The position numbers and the translations under genes are program-made. The notes beneath the pieces were generated by a model. It searched no databases. It was not told the origin of the DNA and saw only the letters and a program-made list of their open reading frames with translations. From positions 8,588,741 to 8,652,740 of the forward strand of contig OZ037768.1 in assembly GCA_964035545.1 (NCBI GenBank): DNA of 64,000 bases. The letters run 5' to 3'. Source of the stretch: Bugula neritina (lineage: Eukaryota; Animalia; Bryozoa). Of this stretch, positions 47,056-60,599 are shown piece by piece; the stretch's first letter is position 1, and each line of letters starts with the position of its first letter.

Positions 47056-47250
47056 TTTGGTTTATTTACTAAAATCTAAAACCCACCGAAATGTGTATCA
47101 ACATTTAATTTTATATGGATTTTTGTATACTTACATAGTCACCGAAGTATAATAATCATAATTATGAATATAATGTAGCATTATTATTATATTCTAGTGT
47201 GTACCAGTACAGGATTTTAATAATATTAAATTTAATATAATTATATAAAA

Positions 47251-47315
47251 TATATTAATATACTCTTAGTAACTGTCTTAGTGACTAAGACAGTTACTAA
47301 GAGTATATTAATATA
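47251..47315. repeat. Perfect palindrome with 32-bp arms and a 1-nt spacer
   Basis: tatattaatatactcttagtaactgtcttagt-g-actaagacagttactaagagtatattaatata. Confidence 0.97.
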
Positions 47316-47504
47316 AGTTAGTCTTACTATGAGTATGAGTCTTACTCTAACAGTAACACTAGCAGTAACAGTAACTGTAAGTGTAACAGTAACACTAACT
47401 TAGTATTTACTATTACTACTACTAGTACTGTACTAGTACTTACTTACTGTCCAACATATTATTCATATTGATTATCAAAGGTACTCAAACTTAAACTTAA
47501 AGTA

Positions 47505-48890
47505 TCACCAAAGCCGGACCTCATGATCGACATCCCAGCAACAGCTGATTGCCTCAAAAACATTTTCTGTGCATCCCTAAAGGTAGGAAAGCTCCCATAT
47601 TAGTGGAAAATTGCTCACATTACCCCAATTCACAAGGGAGGAGAAACGAACCTTGTAACTAACTATCGCCCCATTTCTCTCACATCTATACCATGCAAGA
47701 TGATGGAACATATTGTTCTTCACTACTTAAATGAAAAGCAGGACAAAATTCTTCACAACCGGCAGCATGGTTTTCGCAAAGGTATGTCCTGTGAAACACA
47801 GCTCTGTGCCACCTACCACGACATTGCCAAATCAGTGGAATCTTCATATACAACGCATGCTATCATCTTAGATTTTAAAAAAGCTTTTGATAAAGTCCCT
47901 CACTCCCTGTTGCTACAAAAGCTAAGGCAGATTCCTGACCTATCCCCTCTCTTAGCAAATTGGATTCAAGATTTCATAACACAGAGGATGCAAAGTGTTG
48001 TGATTAAAGGAAATATCTCCACTCCCTGCATGGTCACATCTGGTGTTCCTCAAGGATCTGTTCTCTTTTCCTATTATACATAAATGACATACCAAAAGCA
48101 CTTACCTGCAATGCAAGCCTTTACGCTGATGATACTCTCATATACCAGAAAGTGAACTCTAGGGAGGAGTCTATGGAGTTTTAGAAAAATATAGATGCAG
48201 TTTATCAATGGTCTCAAAAATGGAGAATGCCCTTCAATATCCCCAAATGCCATGCGATGAGTTTTAATACTACAGATACACTCCCAACATATAAGCTTGG
48301 ACAGGCAAGTATCCCATGGGTGGACAGCACTAAGTACCTAGGGGTCACTCTGCAGCAAGATCTTAATTTTGATCAACATATTTCTCAAAAGATAGATAAG
48401 GCAACAAAAATTCTTGGAGCCATCAAGTATACGCTAAACTGTGCCCCAATACCAAGCAAACTGCTGGCTTACACTAGCTTATGTAGGCCAATACTAGAAT
48501 ATGCTGACACTTTATGGGACCCTGCAAAAAAGCAGACAGCAGAACAAATTGAAAACGTGCAACGGAAAGCTGTACGTTTCATCAGCAACCTAAGAGGGAG
48601 AGAGAGTGTGAGCGACGCAAGACAGCGGCTTGGTCTCATACCGCTAGCTGGCAGGAGAAAGAACCACAGAATCACCTTACTGTTACGCATTCTACGAGAT
48701 GAACAACACCACCATGTACTCTCATCTAGCTATGATGAAATTCTCAAGTCCCAAGCAGATGCTAATATGACAACCCGTGCTGCCAGCAGAGGAGAACTAA
48801 CGTCAATCTGGGCTAAATGCAAACTCTACTATGACAGTTTCCTCCCACAAACCATACGTGACTTGAGGGTAACTAAGAACTAACAACCAA
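47505..48890 (+). mobile_element. 5'-truncated, disrupted LINE reverse transcriptase (APE-type, CR1/L2/Jockey-like group)
   Basis: WKIAHITPIHKGG..NYRPISLTSIPCKMMEH, QHGFRKGMSCETQL, LDFKKAFDKVPH, SGVPQGSVL, YINDI..YADDTL, KYLGVTL, RPILEYA..WDP, IENVQRKAVRF. Frameshift near 48065 and in-frame stops near 47602 and 48182. Confidence 0.93.
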
Positions 48891-48988
48891 AATCAGCGAA
48901 ATGCTGTAAAATCCAGTCACTCTGAAACACACTGTTTTGTTATAAAGAGGCATTCTGTTTTTGCACAATTTGTGATCCAGAATGTACT

Positions 48989-51900
48989 ATGGACGTCGAG
49001 TAAGTATCGAGTAAGTACCATAATGGTAATCATGATAATAATAATCATTACGATATAACTAAAACTGTAAAATCTTACCTCAGATGAGGTAGAACTTGAA
49101 CTTCCTTGCATTTGCAATCTGTGTTCAGATCTGATGGGAAGCCTCTATTAGTATTTAGAAACATTGTAATTGTTTGGACGGGTTATATATTGCTAACAGT
49201 AACAGCATAGTACCTGTACTGTTTAGTGTCTCGGTTAGTGAATAAGTTTTATCTTACGAATTGATCGTGTTAGTGTTTCAATTGATTAGTTTAGGATTCT
49301 CATGTCATGGATTTTCCGTGGTAGAAAGCTGTCATAGTAAAGTTTGTAAGAAGCAGAGATAGAATTTGGATGTCCTTTAGCTGCCGCTCGTGTACACACA
49401 GCAACATTTTCTCTATTTTTCAAAAGCTCATCATAAGCCTTAGACAGTACCTGATGTTGACTTTCCTCTTGTAGAATTCTTGTGAGCAAGTATAACTGAT
49501 TGTTCCTTCTCCTGTCCTCCAAGGACTTTATGTCTAACTAATCCCTCACTTCTGATACACTTCAGCTCGGCCTTTAAGGTTTGCTATAAAGTGAATGGCA
49601 TTTTTATAAGTTCAATGTCATAGACTGTCTGCTTTTTACCTGGATCCCATACCACATCTTCATACTCCAAAATGTGTTTGCATAGACTGGTGTAAGCTAG
49701 TAGTTTTGCCTCCTTCGGGCGCTGTGTAGTAAATGCTGGATTCCACCCAGAATCTTTTTGGAGGAGGTGCACTTTTCTTTAATATGATTACCAAATTTTA
49801 AATCCGATTGGAAAGTTACACCAAGATGCTTAGTATAGCTTGTTTATTTTAGAGGAGTATCAGTAATTTTGTTTGGAATTTGGGGAGCTTCTTTTTCAAA
49901 AGTTATTGCTTGAAATTCGATTTCCTTAAAAGGTTTCGTTCTTATTACTTATAGTTATTAATATTACTAGTAGTTATTTAGTTATTAGATTTAATTTTAG
50001 CGATTACTAATTACCGAATCTGAAAATAAATAAAAATTAAAATAAGCTTACAGTTACTTTTAGATGTTTTGCTTTTAGAAATGGTTTATAAAATTTAATG
50101 ATGGTATTCCTTTAATTTTAATGATTTAAAATTTTATGTTTGGTATTTCAGACTGTCAACAGTTATGGTTGCTATATCTTGCTTTGAGACAGTATTTGGT
50201 GGCTTGGAAAGCATCTGGCATACTGGAATTTTTAGTGATGTCGAAGTTTTAGTTGGCCATGAAAGTTATTTTGCTCACAAAGTCATTCTCAGTGCTCACA
50301 GTCCGATGCTGCAGGCAATGTTCACAAGTGATATGAAAGAATCTAAAATGTGCCAAGTGAGGCTCGATTCAATTTGCCGTGGTTCTCTAGCTGAGCTACT
50401 TCATTTTATGTACAAAGGTTACTGATAGCTTTCTAATAAACTGTTGCTATTATTTATGGTTGAAAAATTTCACAATTTAATATTTTCAACGAGGTTCTTC
50501 TAATTCGTGGTGTATTAATAAAACTGAATTTTGGATTGTATAATTAAACATGGACACAGTTACCAATAATTTCATTTGAAGCTTTTTTTTATTTCTTTAG
50601 TTTTGCAAATATAGTTCAAATTTTATTTCTCTTGCTTTTTATATGGAAGTTGTAAGTGTACTGAGTATAATTCCTTATTTAAACTGTTTTTATCAGTCTG
50701 CTATTTGTAGGAGTAATAGAACTAACCAACTATAATGTAAGAGACGTAATGTATGTAGCTGATCAGCTTCTGATGAGGAAGTTGGTAGCATTATGTGCCG
50801 ACTACATGCTTCAACATCTAGAAATAACAAATTGCATTGGTAGGTTGGTGGAACTCTATATATACTGTTACTACCAGCAGTCCACATGATTTTACATTTT
50901 AACTTAATGTTGTAAGGTAGCCTCATGTTGAGTTTTATGCTTTTTATTAGTAAGCCAATGTTGAGAGTGTGTGTGTATATATAGTATTGATATAATCACT
51001 TGTAAAGTACTATTGAATAATACAGTGATTTCGTTACCACAATGTAAATGCTAAATGTATTATATTCCATCATTTTACTTATATTAGTTGATGAATAAAT
51101 AAAAGTTTTCCTTTAATTACATGCATTTTGTTGTAATGCCTACTTTCCCACATTAGCATATTCAACTAAACCTATTTGCATTTGTTTTTAATATCAGCTT
51201 TTGTTTTCTTTACTATGATTGTTTTTCATTTCTGTGACAGAAATAGAACTTGATCAGTTTGTAGATATTAACAGCCGTTATTGGTGTTTCCAAAACTGTT
51301 TCTTTGGGTTTTAGATGTCATGCGTGTTGCTGATGCCCACTCTTGTGAAAATTTGAGAGTTGCTGCACTTTCTTTCATTTGTCAGAACTTTTCCCAAGTG
51401 TCTAAAGAAATATCCTTTTTACAACTAGAACTCTGTGAGGTGTGTAGTAACAGGTGCAATATTACAGCACACATCTGATAATAGCTATTTTTTATCACTG
51501 CTTGCATATTGCTGTTATCATGCAATGGATGTAATATGAAGACACACACTTGCAATTCTTGAAGTTTCATCCAAACATCAACTTTAAAAGCTTTTTTATT
51601 TCTTTTCCACACTTCCTTATTAGATAATTCTACAGATGGTAAAAGTTTTCTGCCACCCATAATATTATTGTACCAACTCATTCAACACATTTTTCTGTAA
51701 ATTGTGTAAAACTAGAGTATACAATACAGACAAATTGTCTAAAAAGTTATTGTTTAATCTTGCATAATGTATAATTTATCGACACCCTGGCCCTCCCATA
51801 GTATATAGTTGATTTTTTCATACACACAATTTTGCATCTTTAGTAATTCTAAGGGTCTTGTCTTTAAATATAGGCTTGCGGTCTGTCCAACAGGTGATAT

Positions 51901-54374
51901 CTTTGCTGGACACCAAAGAGCTACCTTTTTCTGATGAAACAGACATACTCGGAGCAGCTATGGAATGGCTTTCTTATGACATTGGAAATCGGAAACACCA
52001 TGCATTTAGGTTGCTGAGTGTTGTGCGATTCAGATCTATCACAATAAAAGATCTGGACAATGTGTTGGCACGAATTCATTGCACCAATGATGTGGCATTT
52101 AATGTCATCATTATGTCAATAAAAAGAGATCTATTTACAGGAAAATTATTTAGGTAAACATTATTAACTTTTGATTGTCATCACTTTTGCTGAGTTTCTA
52201 GTCAATGTTGTACTATTATTAGATATTTATTGTAGGAATTTGCAACATATTTTATGCTAAACGTGATGATGCTGTGTATGAGAGCCTTGTTAGAATGGTT
52301 ACCAATGACAAATGTTACACATTAATGTTTTCTGTCTTTAGAAATCTCAACTTTTGTAAACCCAAAAGGCAAAGTAACTCAATTCTAATATTTGGTGGTG
52401 CTGTGCTGGGAAGACATGGAGTTATTGACTCGACTAACTCTCTGTATCATTATAACACAATTAATAATACATGGAAAAAACTAGAGAGCTTCTCATTCTC
52501 CAGATACAAGGTATGTTTAGGTTGTAGAGCGGAGAGGGTTCTACCAATAGCCGTCTCGCTTTCACTCTGTCAAAAATAAATAGCACCAATAAAGATTATC
52601 AATATGAGTTTGTTTGCTTTTGCTACAATTTAGTTTTAATTCTAAATTGCAAAAAAATATTTATTTATTCAGTTTTGCCTAGTTTAAAACAATTTTACCA
52701 AAAATGTTAAATGAAAACTCAATAAGTGTGCCTTGTTGCAGTTCTTCCTTTTATTTAATTGTGGCTTATTTTTTGACTGAAAATATTTATTAAGTCGTAA
52801 ATTTACTTTTTGTTGTTGAAATCACTACACTTATAAAACATTATATGTATTTGAACGAGCAGTATTGAATGGGTGAGAAAGACTTGATAGTCACCCACAT
52901 TATTCATACATGTTCTTTGGTTTAATGTTTCCTAGCATGGGATGGGTGTCATCGGAGACCGAGTTTATTTAGTAGGTGGCCAGTCAGAGTGCTACAGTAT
53001 TACTTCATCAGTTGAGTGTTATTGCATAACAACCGGCCTGTGGAAGACTCTATGCTCGACAATTGACTTTAGGTTAGTTATGATATACTACATTATGTTT
53101 ATGGTTAAATATTGCATTGGAGGTCTTTATTTTTAAGTTCTTTAATCACTAAATGTAAAATCATGTGCTGAAATTGTATTGGGTTTACCATTGCACAAAT
53201 GAAGTGGATCCTATTAATAATGAAAAACAAACTAGTGTCTTTACTAACCTGTATAAAATCTAGATGCTGGGATTCTTTATTGAGCTGTGAGCTAGCGTGT
53301 TCATGTCATTCACATTGAAACAATATATATGACAGTTCAAAATAAACTGTGAATTTAAGTACTGCCTATGATATCACTACTATTATTAAGAATTACCCAC
53401 TGGATGTTTGTTAGGGCTGCTGTCTACTTACTCAACATCAGAGAAGAGTTTTTTTTAATGAAGTTGGTTGATTGTAGAATTAATCCAATGGTAACAGTAG
53501 TCAATGGCAGAATGTTTGTCAGTTCTGTTGATGATGGAAATGAACTTCCCTCTTCTGTAATAGAAGTCTATGATTCTATTAGCAATATTTGGTCTCCTTA
53601 CAAAAGCAACATCGGATGGAGGCCTATGAATACTGGTGTAACAGCCCGTTATAATGGTAATGAATATGAAGAGTTTGATTGAAAGTTTTTACTTTATTGT
53701 TAGAACTTTATAACCTCCATAACAAGCTTCAATAATGAATGTTATTTTTTAGACAAACTTTACGAATTAATGGTTGAAGGAACCTTGTCCAACTTGAGAG
53801 TTACTCCTCTCTTCCTAGACTCGGATATCTACAACAGATTAGACATAGGGGTGTTTGGTGATGTGTACTACCCCCATCCACCATTACCATGTGTTAAATA
53901 CAACTGCACTATGGTGTTAATGGCCGATCGTATATACATCATTGGTGGATCGTCTTCCCCATTATTGGTTGATTACACTTACAGATCAAAAGGATCCAAA
54001 ACCGTTTATTGCCTAGATTTTTCTAAGGTACACTTTCATGCTTGCCATCGCTATTGGCAATTTTTGTTGTACTGAGTTTCTACAAATTTTTATAGTCAGG
54101 TTTAATTAAAATTATTTCTTTCTATTGCTCAAACTCCATAAAGCCTTGTTCATGTATTTTGTAGAACAAATGGGAAGTTGTATCACCACTGATTGCATCA
54201 CGCTGTGGACATACTGCCAAAGTTGTAGGTAAGAAAATATACGTATTTGGAGGTCAAAACCCAGATTTGGAACCAACTAGACACTTTATGGAAGTTTATG
54301 ACACAGATACAGACACTTGGCAATCTTTAGCTCAACCTTGCAATTTTATGTTTAGTTCTTCCTGTGCCTACTAA
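48989..54374 (+). CDS. Kelch-like protein (BTB-BACK-Kelch), about 586 aa
   Basis: Exons 48989-48999 (tentative; otherwise ATG 50165), 50152-50417, 50711-50839, 51315-51439, 51894-52153, 52342-52510, 52936-53072, 53478-53656, 53753-54027, 54165-54374 (1761 nt, in phase). BTB FSDVEVLVG..AHKVILSAHSPMLQAMFTSDMKE; BACK FICQNF..EWLSYD..LLSVVRF; Kelch repeats ILIFGG, VYLVGG, IYIIGG, IYVFGG. Subfamily not recognised. Confidence 0.9.
49286..49880 (-). mobile_element. More decayed 3' fragment of a related LINE, in opposite orientation
   Basis: TKHLGVTFQSDLKF, AKLLAYTSLCKHILEYEDVVWDPGKKQT and RILQEESQHQVLSKAYDELLK..TRAAAKG..YKLYYDSFLP align by eye with the C-terminus of the 47505-48890 copy. Confidence 0.9.
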
Positions 54375-54919
54375 TGTCTAAAACTTTCTTAGAGCTAAAA
54401 ATCTGCAGTCAAAGAGTGTATGTAGGATAAACAGCCTTTTAATATTTTCATCTGAAACCAACGATGTGTGGGAAAAAATATTATCAGTCATCTGCTTTTA
54501 CACACTTTTACTCATTATCTATTTTCTATTATTTCTAACCTCTGTGATATATTATTATATGTGGTGCTGTTTATTTTTGTTTATATTTTTCACAGTTGAT
54601 TGGTGATATTTTTCTTTATATTTTTATTGTAAAAATACATGTAAATATTGAACAGCATACCCTAATTGAATATATACAACATTTTAATTATTACTATTAT
54701 ACATAACATAGAGTTCAACAACGGATTGTTTCCAATATCTATCACCAGCGATCACAGGACATGTTTATAGATTTAATATCATTAGTAAAACTAACTCATA
54801 TAGATTAAAAAATAGCAACTAAAGAAAGAAATTTCATTATGTAGTAAATCAACCAATAGTGACTGTATATAGAAGTTCAAATTGTTGAGCAATGTACAGC
54901 AGGTGTCCGTCGATTGTTT

Positions 54920-57900
54920 TTAGGAGTTGTAGCCATCTGATTTTAATTTAATAGATTCTCTGTCTTCTGCATCAGCAGTGGTTTTCAGTTTGGAGTACTT
55001 GTGGGACTTGGTTCTAGACGAGTTGATGCGCAGAGTATTCATGAGGAAATTATCTACTACCCAGAATATTAATGCCTGAAAATAAGACAACATAAATTAT
55101 TGGTTGAGCAAATGGTCAACTATTTTCAATGGCATTTGGTGTTTTTGTTTGAGTTAGGAATATTTTTTCTCCACAGTTTTATTACAATCATGAGAGGTTG
55201 ATCATAGGTTATATAATAAACATATATAGAAAATCTACATAATATCTGCATGGTATATCACATACTTGAAGGACTTGAAAAAAGCCACTTTAACAACAGC
55301 TTTGCAAAATTATGCATTTAGAGTGAAAAACAGAGACAGTAGGTGTTCCAAGCATAACCTTTGTTTGCAATTTAATAGTTTTTAAAGTAGCAATAATTAT
55401 TGATCAATTAAACAGATGACGATTTTATTTCAAATTAACACGTCTCAGTTAAGTAACTAATTATTCAATCATCCTTTAGAGTTTAGGATGTTGTTTTGTG
55501 TCAACTAATTATACTTAGCAAAAGTCTTATATAAATCCACTTGGTTTTTAAAATTTTCATTGCACAAATCCTGTTTAAAAACTTAATAACATATGAATGA
55601 GTCATAAAGGAATTGAGAAAAAACTGCCAAAAATCTTTAAGAATATATCATTATTTCGAAGTTGGGCCAAAAAATGAGGAAAAACAGAGGATATACTCAC
55701 GTTCACTATGATAGGTATGACAAACATAACTAGCACCACTTCCAAATGAGCATCTTGTATGGGAGACACTATGACCTCACTAATCTACATATTAAATCAC
55801 AGTTCATAAGTGAAGGTAATACCCATCATATAACAATTAACATCATAGAAAGTAATATGACAGTATCCTAAAAAACCTCCCAAGTATTATAATTACAAAT
55901 TTAAATAGCAAATCATTAATATAGAGGAATGCAGACTAACCGTTTTCCAGATATTAAATGTCATGAGAGCAATGACCACCCCCTTGACAGTCACCATTAC
56001 TAAACCATACATCAAACACTGCATTAACCATCTCCTACATTTCGGGGGATCTCCTGCGTAACACAAATATCAGTCTTAAAACACTGTTAGGTGGTGGAGA
56101 ATTTAGACATAGTATCTCAGCTATTTTTAGATTTGACTGCTGGGTGCAAACTATACAAGACAGCCTTATGAATTAGCAACAGAAAAAACACACCTTGCCA
56201 TTCACATTGCAGCAGCATTGACTAGTAGAAAACACAAGAGGAAGGTAACGGCTTGCATGCAAGTAGATATTCAAATTGGTTTGCCAGAAGTAGTTTAACA
56301 AGATAGCGTAACCCTTACATTTATCTTTGAAGATAAGTAGCAATCAACTACACTTATTTATATACATGAGTATAACATTTCCTGTATTTTAAGAGTCATA
56401 AACCACTGTGATTAAAATTAAAGTCATCATGTGCCAAGAACCATCATACATAGTCTCATTTGTTTGAGACCTAAGAATACAAGTTGCCAGTTTGAGGTCC
56501 ACTTTCCTAAGAAACTAATATGAACATTTACCAAAATACAAATTCAACTTCAAATATTCTAAATTCTTAGGACAAGGCAACTTAACCTACCATATTCCCC
56601 ATTTCTCAGCTCTTTGCAATTACAGCAGTTGAATATCATTTCTAATAGTCTAAGCAATATGTATATAAGCAGCAGTCCAACAGTTGAGTCAAGTAGAAAA
56701 TTCATAACATACCTGAAACAGTTATAAAATCACCAGTGCAACAACTGTTATAGCTAAAAATAATTTGGAAACAGTCATCCTAACTAAAATAGCAGTTTCA
56801 TGTAAGCTTTTTGATTAATTTTATCCCAAAATGCATCATTTCAATGGTTATAGGCCATTCTACTTACCAAATGCACGGGTCTTTGTTTTGTGTAGATAAA
56901 AAAACATTAGCAAAATGTATCAAACCAGCGCCGACTCCTTGCTTTGAAGTGTCATAAAACCTAAAATTGTATTTCAAACACTTTGAAATTTTATTAGCTA
57001 CACTTTTCATATTTTGACATCTATTTGATTAAAAGCTAACAACAAACTTCAAACTACTGATTTTGTAGTTAGCAGGCACCATTGACGCTGGAACATGGAG
57101 CTTTATGCCTTGCATGCATATCTTCTAACATAACCAACACTAAAATATGGTAAGTGGAAATGCAAATTTAAATTCTAAAAATTCTATGTTGCAACACTTT
57201 GAAGATATTTCATTAATACTTCTGGTGAATTTATTCTACCATTTCAGACAGTAAAGGCTGTTTCACACAGTTGCAATCACCATTGCCATTACTTGAATCA
57301 GTCTTAAATATAAACTTAAACTTTTTCATTTTATGAAAATTAAGCATTAAGAACTTTTAAACATGTATAAGTTGTACACCAATAAACAACCAGTTGCATC
57401 ATCTTTTAATATCTAACTTGGTGCATGGCTTTATATGGGAAACCAGATTCTTATAATGCATGACACAGAGTCAAAATTGAACAACTTTAAACAATTCACT
57501 TTGAATAGAAATCTTCTTCTTAGCATTCAAACTTTTTACAAGGAAATTTGCTTCAATTAAAAAACTAATGACAGAGTTTAATCAATTAACATTTCAAAAG
57601 TGTATTGGATATTCACATAAAAATAATTTTGTAAAATCCAGGTTCACCACTCACCAGACAAGCCAAGTTCTTCTTTGAGAGATTGGTTCACAGAACCGCT
57701 TTACTAAAACAGAGAGCTACTTTGCAAACAACAGAAAAAAACGTACTTGAAAGAAAGAGGAGGCGTGGATAGTAAAACAAGAAATACCTAATAATTCATT
57801 TATGTTGGCTCATGCACCAAAAGCTTCATAATAATACATCAATTTAACTTACCAATTAGACATGAGAATGATATTACTGCGAGCAGGAACTGAACTATGA

Positions 57901-58024
57901 TACCAAAACGGTCAGTTAAGGCATCGTAACCACATTTAGTTGTGGCATTTACTACTTCAGTTGTAGAGTTTCCTAGCTCAACAGGAAAAGCTTGTTGTGT
58001 GGATGATAAAATAAGAGAATTCAT
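54920..58024 (-). CDS. STIMATE: STIMATE/TMEM110-family multi-pass membrane protein, about 262 aa
   Basis: Exons 58024-57853, 57703-57655, 56960-56868, 56712-56591, 56053-55941, 55784-55701, 55075-54920 (789 nt). Motifs ALTDRFGIIVQFLLAVISFSCL, KRFCEP..RRTWLVWFYDTSKQ, IHFANVFL, DPCIWYVMNFLLDSTVGLL, GEYGDPP, LEVVLVMFVIP..NALIFWVVDNFLM. Confidence 0.92.
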
Positions 58025-59449
58025 CACCGAACTCTATACCTGCAAAACATTGTGAATAACAGTAAAATTATACAAAAAATGATTTTAACGCAGAAATATT
58101 CTTATACCATCACATCGAATGATAAACACTGCAGCAGCAGAAGCTTTTAGTTTTCACTGTTTGCATTCTGTAATGTGAATAGGTCATTTGGCAAATGGGA
58201 GAAGTTGTTTGAACAAATTAAAAGCCTAAACATTTTAAAACCAAATATATAGTTCAAAAAGCGCCTAAGCTTGACAAACAGTAGTTTTCAAACAAGCTTC
58301 CTCAGTCAGACAAAATAATAAATCATTGATTAAAATTGGCAAATAAAAATTGATAAATATATACTACGTATAATATATAAATGAAATATAGTAAATATTA
58401 AAATATACATAGTAAATAATTATATAAATAGTATCTGCATGTATAGTTTCAGGACAATGGAATGGAACCAGATAAATCTTACTTTACCAGTAAACACTAA
58501 CTTACAATTGGATAACCTGTTGGATAACGTGCAGATGGTGTAAAATTTAATTTTCAAAATTTCATTAACTGCGGGTAAATATGTTATTTGACAACATAAT
58601 TTTAATTAGTTGCAGTCTAATGCCAAATGAAAGGATTTTGGTAGAGTGTGACTACAGGTAAACAATACGTTTTGTTTTTGACACGTCATAGCTTGTGGTC
58701 TCCAAATATCATTAAGGAAATTAACAATTTAAGTTACAAACATTGTACTTGCCTAATTGTTCCACTGTCTTTAGTCTATTAAATGACATACTAGTTGTAT
58801 TCAACATCACTAGTAGGTATTGTTTACAGTATTTTAGAATTGAAGCAGAAAATCTCGTAAACCTCTATTTTAATAAGCTTTTTGAAACACAGTCGTACAA
58901 ATGTGAGAGCGTAATTTAACTAAAAATAGCACTATATACCTTCACAAGCTAGTTTAAAAAAGAAAAAGACTTCATTTCATGGGTAGAATGAAAACAGCTA
59001 TATCAGATACATTTGCTGTATAGTTGCAAAAGCTCAAAAAAGAATCAGATAATTACATTTTAAAACACATACATACCTATATTATATAAATAATACTTCT
59101 AGCCCAATTAATTGCAACTAAATTACATGTAGCATCAATACATTTAACTGGCAAGGATGACATCCACGAAAGACAGTGACAAAAGTATCATGTGCAAAAA
59201 TATCAAAGATGACCAAAATGAGAAAGCCTACTACTTACAATTTTCAATAAGAACAGAGAAATTAGGTAGGGAAGTTGGGCCAATGAAATACCAGAAGGGA
59301 GTTTGTTGGTTCTGAATCTGAAGTGCATATGGTGGTAGCAGCCTTGTGGATATCAATGCAGGTACCAGTAAAAGCATTGGTATTAAATTGAGAGCCAATG
59401 TAAACTTTTTGAACAATCAAGCAGCTTATACTGCTTATGCATGCATACA

Positions 59450-60510
59450 TAATAATAATGTTGATTATTCATATATCATTATCAGGTTTATAATTGGATA
59501 TATGTTTATGACTGATGATCATCACTATGTGAATATGAACATCAATATGAATATCAGTACCACACCAGACATCTGTATTACAGTGTCTATTGCATTTAGT
59601 TTTACTAAGTCTAATAGTAATACTTGTAGTTTACAGTTAATGTTATACATCTAATTGCAATTCTATAGTAATACTATAAATTACAGTCACTAAATTTAAT
59701 ATAGTATAATCACATTACTTACTACTTATACTTATAGTAAATGAAATCTAAATGTAACAGGGATAAAAAATCCAGTAAGTATCATGATCATTATGTTCGT
59801 ATGGTGATGAACCACCCTTATTAGGCTACCCTACATACCTTGGCTAAGGCTGATAACAAAAATTAATTTAATGCTAATACTAATAGCAATACTAATACTA
59901 GTAGTAATACTAACGTCTAATAGTAATAATACTTTAAGTTTATTAGGAAATAGTAAAGCTATAACCATAAGAATTACTGTTATTACTATTATTGCTAATA
60001 GTAATACTATTACTTATTAGAACTTTATTAGTATTACTGTTAGTATTATAAATGACTAATGAGTATTAAATTTAAATTTTAATATAAGTACAGTATTACT
60101 ATTACTATTAGTATTAGTATTGCTGTAAGTGTATTGCACTATTAGTATTAGTATTACTATTAACTATTAGTATTAGTATAACTAATAGTAATAGTAATAC
60201 TTATACTATTACTATTAGTAGCTTTTTGGCTTTTAGTTTTAAAATTAATTACTATCGAGTACGTCTACTGAGAGACTTTTACTTAGTGTTACTGTTAGTC
60301 ATAGTGATAGTGTCACTGTAACACTGATAGTGATAGTGCTACAGTTACAGGTAACAGTGTTAGCATGAGCAACAAATAGAAATACTAATACTAATAGAGT
60401 AATACTAATCCTACTACTAATACAGTAATAGTAATACTGATAGTAATAGTAATACTAATAGTAATAGTAATACTAATACTAATAGTAAATGTAATACTAA
60501 TAGTAAGTGA
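59450..60510. repeat. Low-complexity (ACTAAT/AGTAAT)n tract in the 5' region of STIMATE
   Basis: agtaatagtaatactgatagtaatagtaatactaatagtaatagtaatactaatactaatagt, with reverse-complement versions nearby. Confidence 0.85.
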
Positions 60511-60599
60511 AGAAATTTATTTATGGTCTTGCATTTCTATTTACTTCTAGTACTACAAAGAATACTCAATTTATCTATTTAAAGTAACATTTTAACTTG

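Noticed and set aside
48917-49117. Minus-strand ORF with a strong donor as a possible upstream NFX1 coding exon
   Set aside because: Its phase does not fit the acceptor before the NFX1 ATG, and NFX1 has a nearer CCAAT-containing promoter candidate at about 45730.
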